64,000 bases of DNA from Octopus vulgaris. Its lineage: Eukaryota. A program made the position numbers and the translations under genes. Each line of letters opens with the position of its first letter. The stretch's first letter is position 1. The stretch spans positions 58,280,001 through 58,344,000 of the forward strand of contig OX597822.1 of the NCBI GenBank assembly GCA_951406725.2, read 5' to 3'. Shown one piece after another: positions 10,438-23,512 of the stretch. The notes under the pieces are model-generated. The model was not told the DNA's origin and made no database searches. It was given only the letters and a program-made list of their open reading frames with translations.

Positions 10438-11707
10438 ATCACAAACAATATAAAACTGTCCAATTGTACATCTTTTTCTTATATTTCTTTTTAAGGAGAC
10501 CACATCCATTTACTGACACAGCTTGTTATACAACTGTCACAATAACAGTCCTATATGTCTGAGATGAGGAATTCTTATATTATGTATTAGTCCTCATTTC
10601 ACAAGACAAGGATAAAAGTCAGACTAATCCACAATGTCTTTGTAACTGTACATTGGACTAAGTTTACTGATTCCTACTCAGAGTACAAATGAAGCCAATC
10701 CAATGAGAAAGCCTTTGTATGATTGCTGGGCCTGCTAAAAGTAATAGCTAAAGCAACACACTACCATCTTTAAAAAAATGGGAGAACATACTAATAAGAT
10801 GCAGGTTAGCCGAAGTAGCTTTTGACCATAGATCTACTGGATCAAGGCTAACCTGGCAAACTTAAGGTATTAAGTGGAAAGAAAATGCAGCTTGTAGAAT
10901 TTACATCTTCTCTTGAAAAAGAACAACACAAAAATACTGATATACTAATGTAGTAATGAAATTTTTGCTATATTTTGTAAATAAAATGTTACCTCTGGTA
11001 ATTGAAACTAGGTTATAGATTATATTAACTGGGAGCTTACCTTTTAATCTATAGTACAGGTCACTGAAAAATAAGTTTCCTCCTTTGTATTTCTTTAATG
11101 TGACCCTGTACAGAATCCTAACCTTGATAACCTCCAGCAGTTATCTATGTAGAGTATTTTCTCAAAACCAGAAATATAGCACTACATTTTCTGTCTGTAT
11201 ATATGTGTCAGCATGAGAGAGAAATCACATAACACTAAATCATTTCAAGGTAGACCACACACAAACACATATACATTTCATATTTGCTTTTTAATGACAA
11301 TCTGACCATGCTAAACTAACCATTTACAAACCATATGAATAAAAATTATATCTAATCCCATTCCTAACACAACCTAAAAACAAAAATGGCCAAACAACTT
11401 GTATGATCTCAGTAAAAAACCCTAGTGGAGTACACATAAAAAAAAAAAACACCCATGCACCATCTGACATCATCAATAGCCAGTGATATAATGACAAAAT
11501 GAAATCCATTTTTTTAACACAGTTGAGAATTTTTCTCATCAGCAGCCTAACAGATATTAATGTGATTTCGACACTAAAAGCAGGATCACTATTTCCATTA
11601 GTGCCAAACAGCTTGTGGATGAAATCCAATGTTGTTTGTAATATACAAACCAAAAGTTTGTACCCAGACCACTGTTCATAAAAAAATATATTCCAAAAAT
11701 CAACATA

Positions 11708-12105
11708 GGCGCAGGAGTGGCTATATGATAAGTAGCTTGCTTACCAACCACATGGTTCCGGGTTCAATCCCACCGCATGGCACCTTGTTCGGCAAGTGTC
11801 TTCTACTATAGCCTCGGGCTGACCAAAGCCTTGTGAGTGGGTTTGGTAGATGGAAACTGAAAGAAGCCTGTCGTATATATGTATATATATACATATGTGT
11901 GTATATGTATGTGTGTCTGTGTTTGTAAACCTAACATTGCTTGACAACTAATGGTGGTGTGTTTACGTCCCCATAACTTAGCAGTTCGGCAAAAGAGACC
12001 AACAGAATAAGTACTAGGCTTCAAAAAATAAGTCCTGAAGTCGATTTGCTTGACTAAAGGCAGTGCTCCAGCATGGCCACAGTCAAATGACTGAAACAAG
12101 TTAAA
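11708..12105 (+). mobile_element. SINE family A, near full length
   Basis: GGCGCAGGAGTGGCT.. A box, GGTTCAATCCC B box, GGCAAGTGTCTTCTACTATAGCC CORE-like box, (TA/TG)n spacer, tail GGCAGTGCTCCAGCATGGCCACAGTCAAATGACTGAAACAAG. Confidence 0.92.
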
Positions 12106-12139
12106 AAAAAAAGAGAGAAAAGAGAAAATAATCCTTTCT

Positions 12140-12310
12140 GATATAGGCACATAGCCTGAAATTTGTAGGGAGGACCTAATCAATTATAACAACCCCAGCG
12201 CTTAACTGGTACTTATTAATCAACCCTGAATATGAACTCTAAAAGTAAAGCCATAAGAAACACCATTAAACATTTTGTCTAGCATGTTAATGATTCTTGT
12301 CAGCTTGCTG
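12140..12310 (-). mobile_element. SINE family B, decayed
   Basis: AGGCACATAGCCTGAAATTT...AACTGGTACTTATT...GATTCTTGTCAGCTTGC matches family B reverse complement. Confidence 0.7.
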
Positions 12311-12439
12311 CTTTTTCAAACAGCTGCAAAATACAACAAAAACTAAAACATACAAATAATCATAATTATCTTGAATATGTTATATATTAATGAACAAAGC
12401 ACATTATGACCAAGTCACAAATTATAAATACCAGTCTAG

Positions 12440-12752
12440 AAAGGGTAAAGACCCCCTTCAGTCATGAATGACCATGGGACTGCACCTAGAAAGTTACCCA
12501 CCCAGGCACAAGTCCAGGCAAGGTTGTTAATGGGAGGCCAGCAGTCACCCATGCATACCGGTCTCTCCTCTTCATGCCACCAATGTTATCCAAGGAAAAG
12601 GAAAAAACGGATACAGCTTGGCACCAGTGACATCACAACTCATTTCTACAGCTGAGTGAACTGGAGCAATGTGAAATAATGTGTCTTGCTGAAGAGCACA
12701 ACATACAGTCTGAGAGTCTGATGTTCTAACCACTGAACTATGTGCCCTCATG
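12440..12752 (-). mobile_element. tRNA-derived SINE family G
   Basis: Minus strand starts GAGGGCACATAGTTCAGTGGTTAGAAC (A box), core CAAGACACATTATTTCACATTGCTCCAGTTCACTCAGCTGTAGAAATGAG, tail ending GGGGGTCTTTACCCTTT. Confidence 0.8.
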
Positions 12753-14454
12753 CATAGCTAAGTCTATACAATATAAATTGGTAATTGATTAACTAATATA
12801 CACTTGCCTCAGGTTGATCAATGTCTTGTGAGTGAAAATAGTGGGAGGAAGCCCTTCATGATCACTATCTCAATATCCACACCTCCATATTTGCATAGGT
12901 CAGACAGAGTTTGCTGAGGTAACTTTTCTATGGCTAGACACCCCTGCTATTGCCAACCCTTGTCTGTTTCCAAGCAACATAAAATTTCCTCATAGCCAGA
13001 CACGTTTTGGCGCTATATATTAGAGATAAATGACCTTCATTTATAATGATCCTGCAATGACAACACAAGGAGACACAAATATACACATGTAATTTTAGAA
13101 ATAATAATTTTGTATTCATTAAGCTGGTGTTTGAAACTTCAATTAACATGAAATCTTGAAACAAGATTTTCACTTGGATCATTTTCATTTGGTTAAAACA
13201 GGAAGTTTGTATCATAGAACCAGGGGTAGTCTTTGGTGGATTGGTATCAAAAGGATCAATAGGGACACAGAATATTCATACACACCTATGCACACAGTCT
13301 CTCTCTCTCTCTCTAACACACACACAGAAAGTTTCCATACAGTTTCCATCAATCTATTCTATCCACAAGGCATTGGTTGACAATCATCCATGATGCCACA
13401 CACGGAGATTGAACTCTGCAGCCACTCGACCATAACACACACATAAACATCCAAATACAATTACCAGAGAAATAAACCCCAAAGTCACATATTTTACAAA
13501 ATGAATGAAACGGATGGATGGGTGGGTAAGGTTTTATTTTCTTCAGATGGAGAGGTTTGCCAGAGAAAAGAGAACAATCCAGTAATGAGTTAAGTACAAA
13601 TAAATTGATAAATGTCTCCTTCTTTGTATGGCTTACATACACATACAGAAAGTCAAGATAATATAGCACAACAAGGTTAAAGTGATTTATTTTAGTTGTT
13701 CATGAATTGGTAGATGTGTTTCCTTGGTATTTATTGTAAATAGAAAGGAGGATGTTGAAATTTTAAACTGTGAGATTAAAACAAAAATAACGTGAAACAC
13801 ATAAAGAATTATATATTTAAGTAAAAGAAAAACAAAGTTAAAATTTTAAAAACAAAACCAAAAAACACCCCAGCTTCTCTAAATTTGTTTATAAGCATTC
13901 ATATAAACATCTGTATGTGTGAGTGTATGTACATGAATGTCTATGTCTGCATACACACTGTGTTTTTTGGGGTGTTTTTTTGGGAAACACAGATGCTATA
14001 TAATATATTCATTGTGATAGAAGAAGATATAAACACACAATTCAAAACTTCCGACATAAAATAACAACAACAGTTATTAAACTTGTTGTTGTTGTTGGTG
14101 GTGAATGTCCGAAGTGTTCCACCGATATAATACATCAAGCAACAACAACAACAACAGTATGGGATCAGTCAGGTTCTTAGTTGCAACATTAGTTCTTAGA
14201 TTAAAAGAACAGCTGAAACAACACAATTTATTATTTAAAGATAATCATAAGAAAAATCATGGAAATTAGCTAGTGGTGGTCTGCTGTGGTAAGGAGCCAT
14301 TACAATAAAACAGAACACTGAGTTAGTATGTTGGTGTGATGTGGCATGGGGGAGACATATATTTCGGATTGGACAAGACTCTTGATCATTCTTTGGGTAT
14401 TTCTTTATCACATTTAGGACACACCAGTGTCTCATTCCATCATGTTTTTATTTT

Positions 14455-14456
14455 GA

Positions 14457-14488
<32 letters not shown>

Positions 14489-14853
14489 CACTGAGGTCAA
14501 CTTTGCCTGTCATTCTTTCAGGGTAAATAAAATAAATAACCACCAGTTGAGTACTGAGGTCAATGTAATCAACATATCCCTCCGCCAAAATTGCTGGCCC
14601 TATATTATTATTATTATTATTATTATTATTTTTTAATTAAGGCATCGAGCTGGCAGAATTGTTAGCTCACTGTATAGAATGCTTAGTGGTATTTCGTCTG
14701 TTATGATGTTCTGAGTTCAAATTCCACCGAGGTCGACTTTGCCTTTCATCCTTTCGGGGTCGATAAATTAAGTACCAGTTGAGTACTGAGGTCGATGTAA
14801 TCAAGTAGCTCCCTCCACCAAAATTCCAGGCCTTGTGCCTTGAGTAGAAAGGA

Positions 14854-14884
<31 letters not shown>

Positions 14885-15120
14885 CATCATTATTAAGGCA
14901 GCAACCTGGCAGATCATTCACACACTGGAAAAACTGCTTAATGGTGTTTCTCCTGGATTTACATTCTGAGTTTAAAGTCTACTGAGGTTGATTCTACTTT
15001 TCATCCTTTGCAGGTCAATATGGTAAGTACCCATCAACCCTGGGTTTGATGTACTTGACTAGCCCCCTTATCCCAAAATTTTAGGCATTGTGCATATAGC
15101 AGAAAGGATTATTATTATCT
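14455..15120 (+). mobile_element. Head-to-tail array of three SINE B copies separated by (ATT)n; similar pairs at 16132-16590, 26500-26865, 32250-32590; single copy 19277-19482
   Basis: Each unit GAGCTGGCAGAAT...GAGTTCAAATTCC...GAGGTCGACTTTGCCTTTCATCCTTTCGGGGTCGATAAATTAAGTACCAG...TAGAAAGGATT(ATT)n; central part resembles the Meta/MESC SINE domain. Confidence 0.9.
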
Positions 15121-15164
15121 TGTAATAATTCTATTTGTTATTGCCCATTGGTAACACTTTCATT

Positions 15165-15264
15165 NNNNNNNNNNNNNNNNNNNNNNNNNNNNNNNNNNNN
15201 NNNNNNNNNNNNNNNNNNNNNNNNNNNNNNNNNNNNNNNNNNNNNNNNNNNNNNNNNNNNNNNN
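15165..15264. other. Assembly gap (100 N)
   Basis: Run of exactly 100 N. Confidence 1.
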
Positions 15265-17008
15265 ACTTTCATTAGAGAAAAAGAGGGAGAAAGAAAAGAG
15301 GGAGAGAGAAAAGGGAATGTAGCTGTAATGCTTTCATGTGATTAGTTGAAGGGAAAGAGGGGAGAAAGAAAAAGGAGAGAGAAAAAGAGGACAAGGCAAA
15401 GAGTGAGAAAGAAGGAGAAAGTAAAAGGAGAGAGAAGCGTCCATGATGTGAGGGAGGGGGAATGTAATATTTATTACGTGGTTAAATAAGTTAGTTGAAG
15501 GTAGAGGAGGAGAGTTAAAAATATAATTTTAGCAGAGGGGTGATGTTCAGATGGTGAGATTAAAGAAAGGCAGAGAGAGAGAGAGGAGGGGGAAGAGAAG
15601 AGGGAAAGAGAGAGGAAGGAGAAAGAGGAGGGAGAGAGAGAGATGATGATGATGATTGTGGTGGTGGTGTTGATGATTGGATAGTGAAAAGTGTAAATAT
15701 TTTATGAACTATGTTTTTTATGCCACCTATCACTTAACACGTGCGTAAGTGCAATTCTGTGAAACATTCATGTTCATTTATGTGGTAGATACATGCAATT
15801 CAACTAAAGGTTGTATCATATGTACAGAATATTTTTGTTTTGTTTATGGGATAAAAGGAAAAATAAGAGTGAATATTTATTTTATGAGTGCTGCATATTA
15901 AGTCAATAAAATTGTACATAAAGTATATAAAGTGTATATATAAAGTGCATTAAGTAATCATTGTATTCCAATTTCTTCCATTTTCAATGAGTAGCAAATG
16001 AGCGACCATCTTTCCATACAGATAATACAGGCTACATTTGCAGGTCTTTTGGATAACATTTTCAGAAATAACCCAATAGGTGTACCATTAATTCTGTGAA
16101 ATATTCACGGGTCTAGCAAGTTATTAGTGTTAGGCGGTAAGCTGGCAGAATTGTTAGCAATGTGGGGCAAAATGCTTAGCAGCCTTTCATGTCTTTACAA
16201 GTTCAAATTCTGCCAAGGTCGACTGTAAGTTTCATCCTTTTGGGGTTGATAAAAAAAGTACCAGTTGAACACTGGGGTCATTGTAATTGCCTTGTCCCCT
16301 CCCCACAAATTTGAGGCCATGCGCTTCAAGCAGAGAGGACTATCATCATCATTACTACTACTATTACAACTACTTTTATTATTAAGTGGCAAACTGATAG
16401 AATTATTGGCAGACAAAATACAGCATTTTCTGTCTATATAGACTGAGTTTAAATTTCACTGAGATTAACTCCACTTGTTAACCAACCTTTTGGGGGTTGA
16501 TAAATTAAGTACCAGTTGAGTACGGGTGTCAATGTAATCAACTAGCCTCTGCACCCCAAATTTCAGGTCTTGTGCCTATAGTTGAAAGGATTATCATCAT
16601 GATGGTGATGGCAGTGATGATGCAGAAGTTTCAGAATTACAGCACTCTCTCTGTTTTTCTCTCAACAGATTTTAATGAATAATGCGATGATGGTAGCAGG
16701 TGTGGACGGAAACTATAAGAAGTCAATAAATAATAGAATCAATCAGCTCATAAGCCAAACCTGTTCAACAATTATTATGTAAAATATGGAAAGGAAATGA
16801 TTATGTGAGGGTGAGAGTGAGTGTGAATTCTATGCTTAGAGCATGATCACAAGAGAACATGTACTGAGTTACTTGATTCTTAAATTCACTCAAACTAGTA
16901 CAACATACTTCAAGTCCTCTATATATTATATCAGCATGTTAGTGATTCTACTTTATTCTATCAACTGCTTTTCTTTTCCATGTTGCAGTAACTTAGCCCT
17001 TTGGTTAC

Positions 17009-17330
17009 CATTTAAAAAAATATTTATGGCCCCTTTTCAAGCCTAGCCAGGTTCATGAGCCATGTTTCCCGGTTTCTATGGTGTATGTGCTTCCCCCCCA
17101 GCTGGACAGGACGCCAGTCCATTGCAGCATTACTCAAGAAACAGGAAGAAAGTGTTAGAAAAAGTTGGGGTGAAAGAGTACAACAGAGGTCGCCACCACC
17201 CCTGCCGGAGCCTCGTGGAGCTTTAGGTGTTTTCACTCAATAAACACACACCATACCAGTCTGGGAATCTAAACCGTGATCCTCCAACCGCGAGTGCGCT
17301 GCCCTAACCACTGGGCCATTTGCGCCTCCA
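17009..17330 (-). mobile_element. tRNA-derived SINE family E with 10-bp target duplication; second copy 47018-47175 (+)
   Basis: Head GTGGAGGCGCAAATGGCCCAGTGGTTAGGGCAGCG; CTTTGGTTAC present at 16999-17008 and 17331-17340. Confidence 0.85.
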
Positions 17331-17385
17331 CTTTGGTTACTGTATTTCAATAAAAATAGATTCCACATATTTCAGTTCAATTTAA

Positions 17386-17463
17386 CCCTTTCGTTACCAA
17401 CCTGGCTCTGGCTCTTTAGTTTGAAACACAGAGCATCTTAACATAAATACAGTAACGAAAGGG
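17386..17463. mobile_element. 78-bp mini-MITE of family B nested in a larger family-B copy
   Basis: TTAA|CCCTTTCGTTAC ... GTAACGAAAGGG|TTAA, perfect 12-bp TIR. Confidence 0.85.
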
Positions 17464-17639
17464 TTAAAATAGTAATTTTCTACTTATTAAATCAGTATTT
17501 GAAACTTCATGAAATTTTGATGGAAATTTTGATGGAAGATTTTTCACTTGGATCACTTTAAAAACCAGGAGTAGGTGCCTTGGAGGGGGGGTTTGGTACA
17601 AAAAGTCACTTCAAAATCAATCCCCAGCCTGGATACATT

Positions 17640-18006
17640 TACCTTTTACTTGTTTCAGTCATTAGACTGTGGCCTTGTTGAGGTACCACTTTGAAGAATT
17701 TTAGTCAAATGAATTGACTCCAGTGCTTTTCTTTTTTAAAGCCTGATACTTATTCTATCAGTTCCTTTTTGCTGAACCATTAAGTCATGGGGAAATAATG
17801 ACATCAACACCGATTGTCAAGCAGTAGTTGGGGATAAACATACATACAAAAATATATGGTGGGATTCTTTCAGTTTCCATCTATCAAATCCACTCACGAG
17901 GCTTTGGTCAGCCTGAGACTTGCCTAAAGTGCCACACAGTGGAACCGAACCCAGAACCATGTGCTTGGGAAGCAAACTATTTACCACACAGCTACACCTG
18001 TACCTA
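17640..18006 (-). mobile_element. SINE family A
   Basis: Reverse complement of family A tail through head. Confidence 0.88.
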
Positions 18007-20469
18007 TAGATGCATAGATTAAAATAACTAACATCCCTAATAGCTAGTTAATCGTTAATCTTCAGAAATATAAAAATAATGATGTTCTGCTCAGGAACAC
18101 AAAGTACAACCAACAGATGATTTGAACCTCTAATCTCCAAGTAGGTAGTCTAGAGCCTTATCCACACAGCCACTGTTTGTGTAATGAGTTGCTTGAACTG
18201 AATTTCATGACTTGTTTAAAAATAATAGCTAAAATTACCTCAAAAAAACACCTTCTGTCTTGAAAATGAGGAAGGACGCATTGATAATGTAGGCCTGAGG
18301 CCTAGATATCCCTAAAAGAAAAACAGAGTGGTCTTGGGTGGAAAGTTTTTGATTATAGGAACTGTTCAAGCAATGCTGGCCTATGGTTAAGCAACAAGAA
18401 CAATACAGAAGCTCACTCCATGTTTTATATGAATCACTGTTTAAAATGTGATGACAAAATTACAGAAAGCAAAAGTCTCAAGCTTCATCTGCCTTTGAAC
18501 AAAACCTTCTATACATGTTATGAATGTGACCAATAATAAAAATGATATAATGATGTGATTATTGTATATGTGGGGGAGAGAGAATTACAAGAGTGTGTGT
18601 ATGTGTATGTGTGTATGTGTAAATATATGTATATGTATGTAAATATATGTGTATGTATGTAAATATATACATGTGTGTGTATGTACAAAGGGTTAGCACA
18701 AAAGATCCATATGAACAATATGTTGCCTGCAAACAATGAGTTAGGGACGGCCATTATAAACTATGAATGAATTGCACTTTAACACATGATCACACAATAA
18801 CAACAACAACAAAGACTGGATGATTGCAAACAAAGTCACCAAATTTAGGAAACAGCTTTAGAAACAAATAAGTCCTCCAATCCTAATCACTCTTAAATGT
18901 GATTGCCCTTTCAAAATGTTCTAATGATCTATAGCCATGCTCCACTCAGCATGACTCATAGGAATAGACCTTATCTGCAGTTTCCGGTAGTATTAAATAA
19001 ATGAAAGACAATCACCATCCTAGAAAGAAAATGTCCTTGATATAAACTGAACTATCTAATTTTACACAGCTAGCTAGCTTCCAGTGTAGTAGAGATTAAG
19101 GTTATTAAGTCACATCCCCTAACACAAGTGCTACATGGGTTGAAGGAGATCAGATGTCAGGCTATGAAATACATATATAGCTTTTGTTTTTCTTGTGTCC
19201 CAGGAGGGTTATCATGCACATAATAAACACATGCACTGGTTCTATTTCACTTCTTTTATCATTATCAGTCAATTAAGGTAGTAAGATAATAGAATCATCA
19301 GCACACCAGACAAAATGCTTAGCATTTCTTTCTGGCTTTACATTCTAAGTTCAAATTCCATCAAGGTCTACTTTGTCTTTCATCATTTTGTGGTCAGTGA
19401 AATAAGTACAAGCACTGGGGTCAATGTAAGTGACTAGCTCCCTCCCTCAAAATTTCAGGCCTTGTGCTTATAGTAGAAAGATTTATGAGTCAACTAGTTA
19501 AACATTTAATTGATTAACTAATCAATTGTTTGGTCATTTGATCAGTTAGCTAGGTTCATCAGAATTCTTTCATTACCATTCATGACCTCATCAATGACAC
19601 GCCCTCTCTACTCTAGTTTTGTTTTTGTTTTAATCTATAAGTCAGGAGGAAAGGCATTGCCCATGACCCTCTACAGGGCCTCAGAGACTAGTGGAAGGTA
19701 GCGGGGAGGGAAGGAGGGAGCTTTCCTTAACTGGAGATTAAGTCCTAATGCTTGCAACAGAGTGGACTTTGCAAAAAGTATCAAAGGTGCCAAATGGGAG
19801 TGTTAAACAGAGCAACAGTTGCAGTCTACTGCCCTTAGAGTATGGTAGGATTTGAACTCAAAATGCAAACAAACTGGAATAAATACTGGAGAGCATCTGG
19901 TTTGATGATTTTACAGTTCTGTCATCAATCCACTGGATTGGTACTTTTTTGTCAATTTCTCAAAAGATAAAATGCAAAACTGACCACAGTGAGATTCAAA
20001 CCAGAGTGCAGAGAATCAGAGAAAAATACCGTGATGCTTTATCAATTCAGTCAAATGATTGCTGCCTGTCTGTACCCCATGTTCAAAACTTACTGAGGTC
20101 TATTTTGCCATTCAATAAAGAGTGGTGGACTAACAGAAATGCAGAGAGTCAGATGAGATGCCTCGTGGTGTCGGTTCTGGTTGTCTGTGTTCTGATAGCC
20201 ATGCCAGTGATGTCATTGATGCCAAGCTATAAAGGCTCAAGTCAGTGGCTTTACCCTTAGATAACCATTGAGGAGGAAGAGAGGCTTGCATGCATGGATA
20301 ATTGTCACTCTTCCTCGAAAAAATCTTGCCCAGGTTGAAACATACATTGTGCAGATGTATGCTCAGCCTTGACCAACAGAGGCTCTGAACTAATTTTTTA
20401 ACTACAAAAAAAAACCACCCACAAACCAGAATAGTCATCTTCAGATTACATTTAATAGCTATCTAGCTA

Positions 20470-21520
20470 TCATCAATAACTATAGCCACTAACTCCTACA
20501 TATACATTGAAGGTGAGTCCATCACCAAAACAACCTTAAGTTTCAGATCGGTAAAGTGCTAACAGATGAAGAAATTTTTTTCAGTGATAGAAGAAAAGAG
20601 AGTACCAATGACCTCCTAGACTAGTGATAAGTTTCAAACATCTGTAGATAGGTGTCAGTATGGGAAAATATGAGGAAGGAAAAGAATTTCAGAGAATAAC
20701 TCTGCTGGAAGTCAGATACCAGTAAGGGTAATGAAAGGAGAGGCATTGGTGCCCAGTAAACCAGACCAAAGAGAGTATGCAGCTGGCTAATTCAGAGAGT
20801 AGAAGTCACCACAGCAGTAACAAGAGAAGACACAGCAAGAACTTGTAGTGTATTGTAGTGAATCTTTACTAATTAGTTGAATGGCTTTTGGATATTACCT
20901 GCAAGGCCTGTAAATGTCTTTTTGCATGTATTTGAGAATATTTATGTGTGTAACAGCAGCACTATATCAGATCTGTGACCACATGAGACCATTGGTAACA
21001 TACAGTATCTATGATTTAGTATCATATATAACTGCTCTTCTAAAAGACTAGAGGTGGCAATATTTCCTTTAATTTAGGATGATTTTTCACTAATGCCCTA
21101 ACATTAACCACACAACAGTTGATATGGCAGCAAATAAAACTGGATGAAAAAAAACACAGCATGGATGAGGTTGTTAAACATAAGAGTGACTGCTTCATAA
21201 ACAATGATTACACAACCATTCACAGAGGCTGAGCTAGATGTAAGTAGGCTCCAGACAGGCACCTACTTACACAACACTTAATGGTATATCAAGGGTCAAT
21301 CTACATGGGTGAGACCTAACAGCAAGGAAATTACTAGTTGGGCAGCAAAGAGAATGAATAAAACCTTTTGCTGTCAGGAAGGCTATTATACAGCAGCAAC
21401 CAACAACGCCCTTCACAGGGGCAAGTGGGGGTTTTCTTCAAAGATCAGAGGTCTGGTGAAGATGCAGATTGGAATTTAAAGCCAGTACTTTATATTACTA
21501 AAAGGAAATATTACCACTGG
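20470..21520 (-). mobile_element. Old L2/CR1 LINE remnants (AP endonuclease region)
   Basis: Minus-strand YCCGDFYSL near 20800 resembles the APE GDFN motif; highly decayed. Confidence 0.45.
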
Positions 21521-22641
21521 GCCACTAGACTGGTTATAGTGAGGCGGAAGTATGTTGTGAAAGAGGAAAACATAGATGAGGAAGAAGTTGGTAACGGAGG
21601 AGGTGAGGCAAGAGTGGAAAGGAAGCATTCAGTACAAAGGCTATCAGAAAATGTTTTAAACACAACATTTAACACAGACATAATAAATGAGACAAACTAG
21701 ATAAATTTGCATAAGTCACTGTAATCAAAACAGATCACATTCCATCAACTCTGCCACTCATCATGCTCAAACTAACCAACCTCTGTACACACACACACAC
21801 AAATACCAAAGGGAAAAAAATTTGAATAAAATAAAATAAAACCCATCCAACTTCCTGACAGGATGTTGAGAATCAAACACCTCAGAACACACTACAAAAC
21901 TAAAAAACATGAACATAGTAATACTAGTAGTACTAGTAGTAGTAATGGTGGTGAAAATGTTGTGTAGGTGGTGGTAGTAGTGATAAGAACAAGAATAATG
22001 AATGAATAATCAAATGAATGAATGAATTACTATTAACCAAGCATGTACTAGTAAAAACAAAACAACAAAATAAGTGTAGATTTATTTATTTAACAGAGAT
22101 AAGAATTTCCAGCAATTTACTGAGCCATATCAAGGAAGAATCTTTTCCATTTCCTTTCTTAAGGATATCTTCTCAAACAGGATACAAAGATCCTTAAATG
22201 CTGATTTCATTTTTCATATGAAGCTGTCAACACATGGATGTATTTTAGGCTTTATTGAACCTAACCCGTGTCAGATAACAGTCACTATCACCATCTTTGA
22301 TGAGAGTAGGCAAAGGACAGGGTGGTGGGAGTAGGGAAGGAGGGAGTAGGGTGGAAAAAGGACAAAAAGAAAGAAAAACCCTGGTATGTGTGCCTGAAGG
22401 ATTGCTTGGGAGAGAAGCAACAAAAGATTTCTTTAAATGACTGGAACATTCACCACTGCTGCTACCACCATCATTGTCATCTCACATGCACACACACGTG
22501 TGTGTGTGTGTGTGTGTGTTGGAATTCCTCAACCGAAAAAAATCTGGGAAATTCCTCCCCCCCTGACTGACAAACCTGAAAAGCAAATCCACATCAGTGC
22601 ATTTTGAGACCCAATGTGTTTGTGGGTGGGTAAGTGGATGG

Positions 22642-22645
<4 letters not shown>

Positions 22646-22722
<77 letters not shown>
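22646..22722. repeat. Compound microsatellite (AT)n(AG)n
   Basis: Directly visible. Confidence 0.98.
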
Positions 22723-22733
<11 letters not shown>

Positions 22734-23512
22734 TTGGGGAGAGTGTAAGTGATATATAAATAGATAGAAAGAGAGAAAGAGAACTGGGAGGATAGAATTA
22801 AGTAGAACATAAGAGATATGAGATCAAAACATTTACAAGACATCGTTCCTCTACTGTCAGTAAACTCCTAGACAGAGATGCAAATCTTTTGGTTTGCAGT
22901 CTTCCTTCCAAGATTTGGTGACACACATGTTTTCACTATTACTACATCTGACATAACACAAACAGTCACACTATTTAAGTAGTCAGTTCAGATTAGCTCT
23001 TATTTTTGTTATTACACGTTTGGGATGATACAGTGTGTGTACATTAGCATATATCACCAGGAAAAAAAAGAAAAAAAACCCTGCAATTTTTACATTCTAG
23101 GTTCAAAAGCCATCTGAGATTTGTCCCTCCAGTGGTAGCAAACTAGTACTCGAGTCAACTCATATCTGACTGAGAAATCATTATTAGTGTATCAAACAAA
23201 ACACATCATTGTGTACTGAAGACTTTCTAGTTTTATGTAATACAAGTAAACCTTACTAATACCATAATGAAACACATCCAGCACAGGTAGTTAACAAATG
23301 GGTAGAAACATTGAAGGATCAAAAGAACTCCACAGACTTGTTGAGGACAATAACATCCCTTTTAGTGTGCCTAACATACATATCATCATCATCATCATCA
23401 TTTTAACAACCACTTTTCAATGCATGCAGAGGTTGAATGGAATTTGAGGTATGTTTTCTATGATCAGATGCCCTTTCTGTTACCAACCCTCACCTATTTC
23501 CAAGTAAGAAGC

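Noticed and set aside
11054-11118. Hairpin containing ACCCTGTA, superficially like miR-10
   Set aside because: Only the first 8 nt match, the rest differs and the stem is poorly paired.
11708-11780. tRNA-like sequences at SINE heads (also 17260-17330, 26000-26067, 47018-47095)
   Set aside because: They are SINE promoters without complete cloverleaf pairing, not tRNA genes.
16668-16790. Strong acceptor TTTTTCTCTCAACAG followed by a short open frame
   Set aside because: No convincing donor or recognisable peptide; such signals arise by chance in AT-rich DNA.
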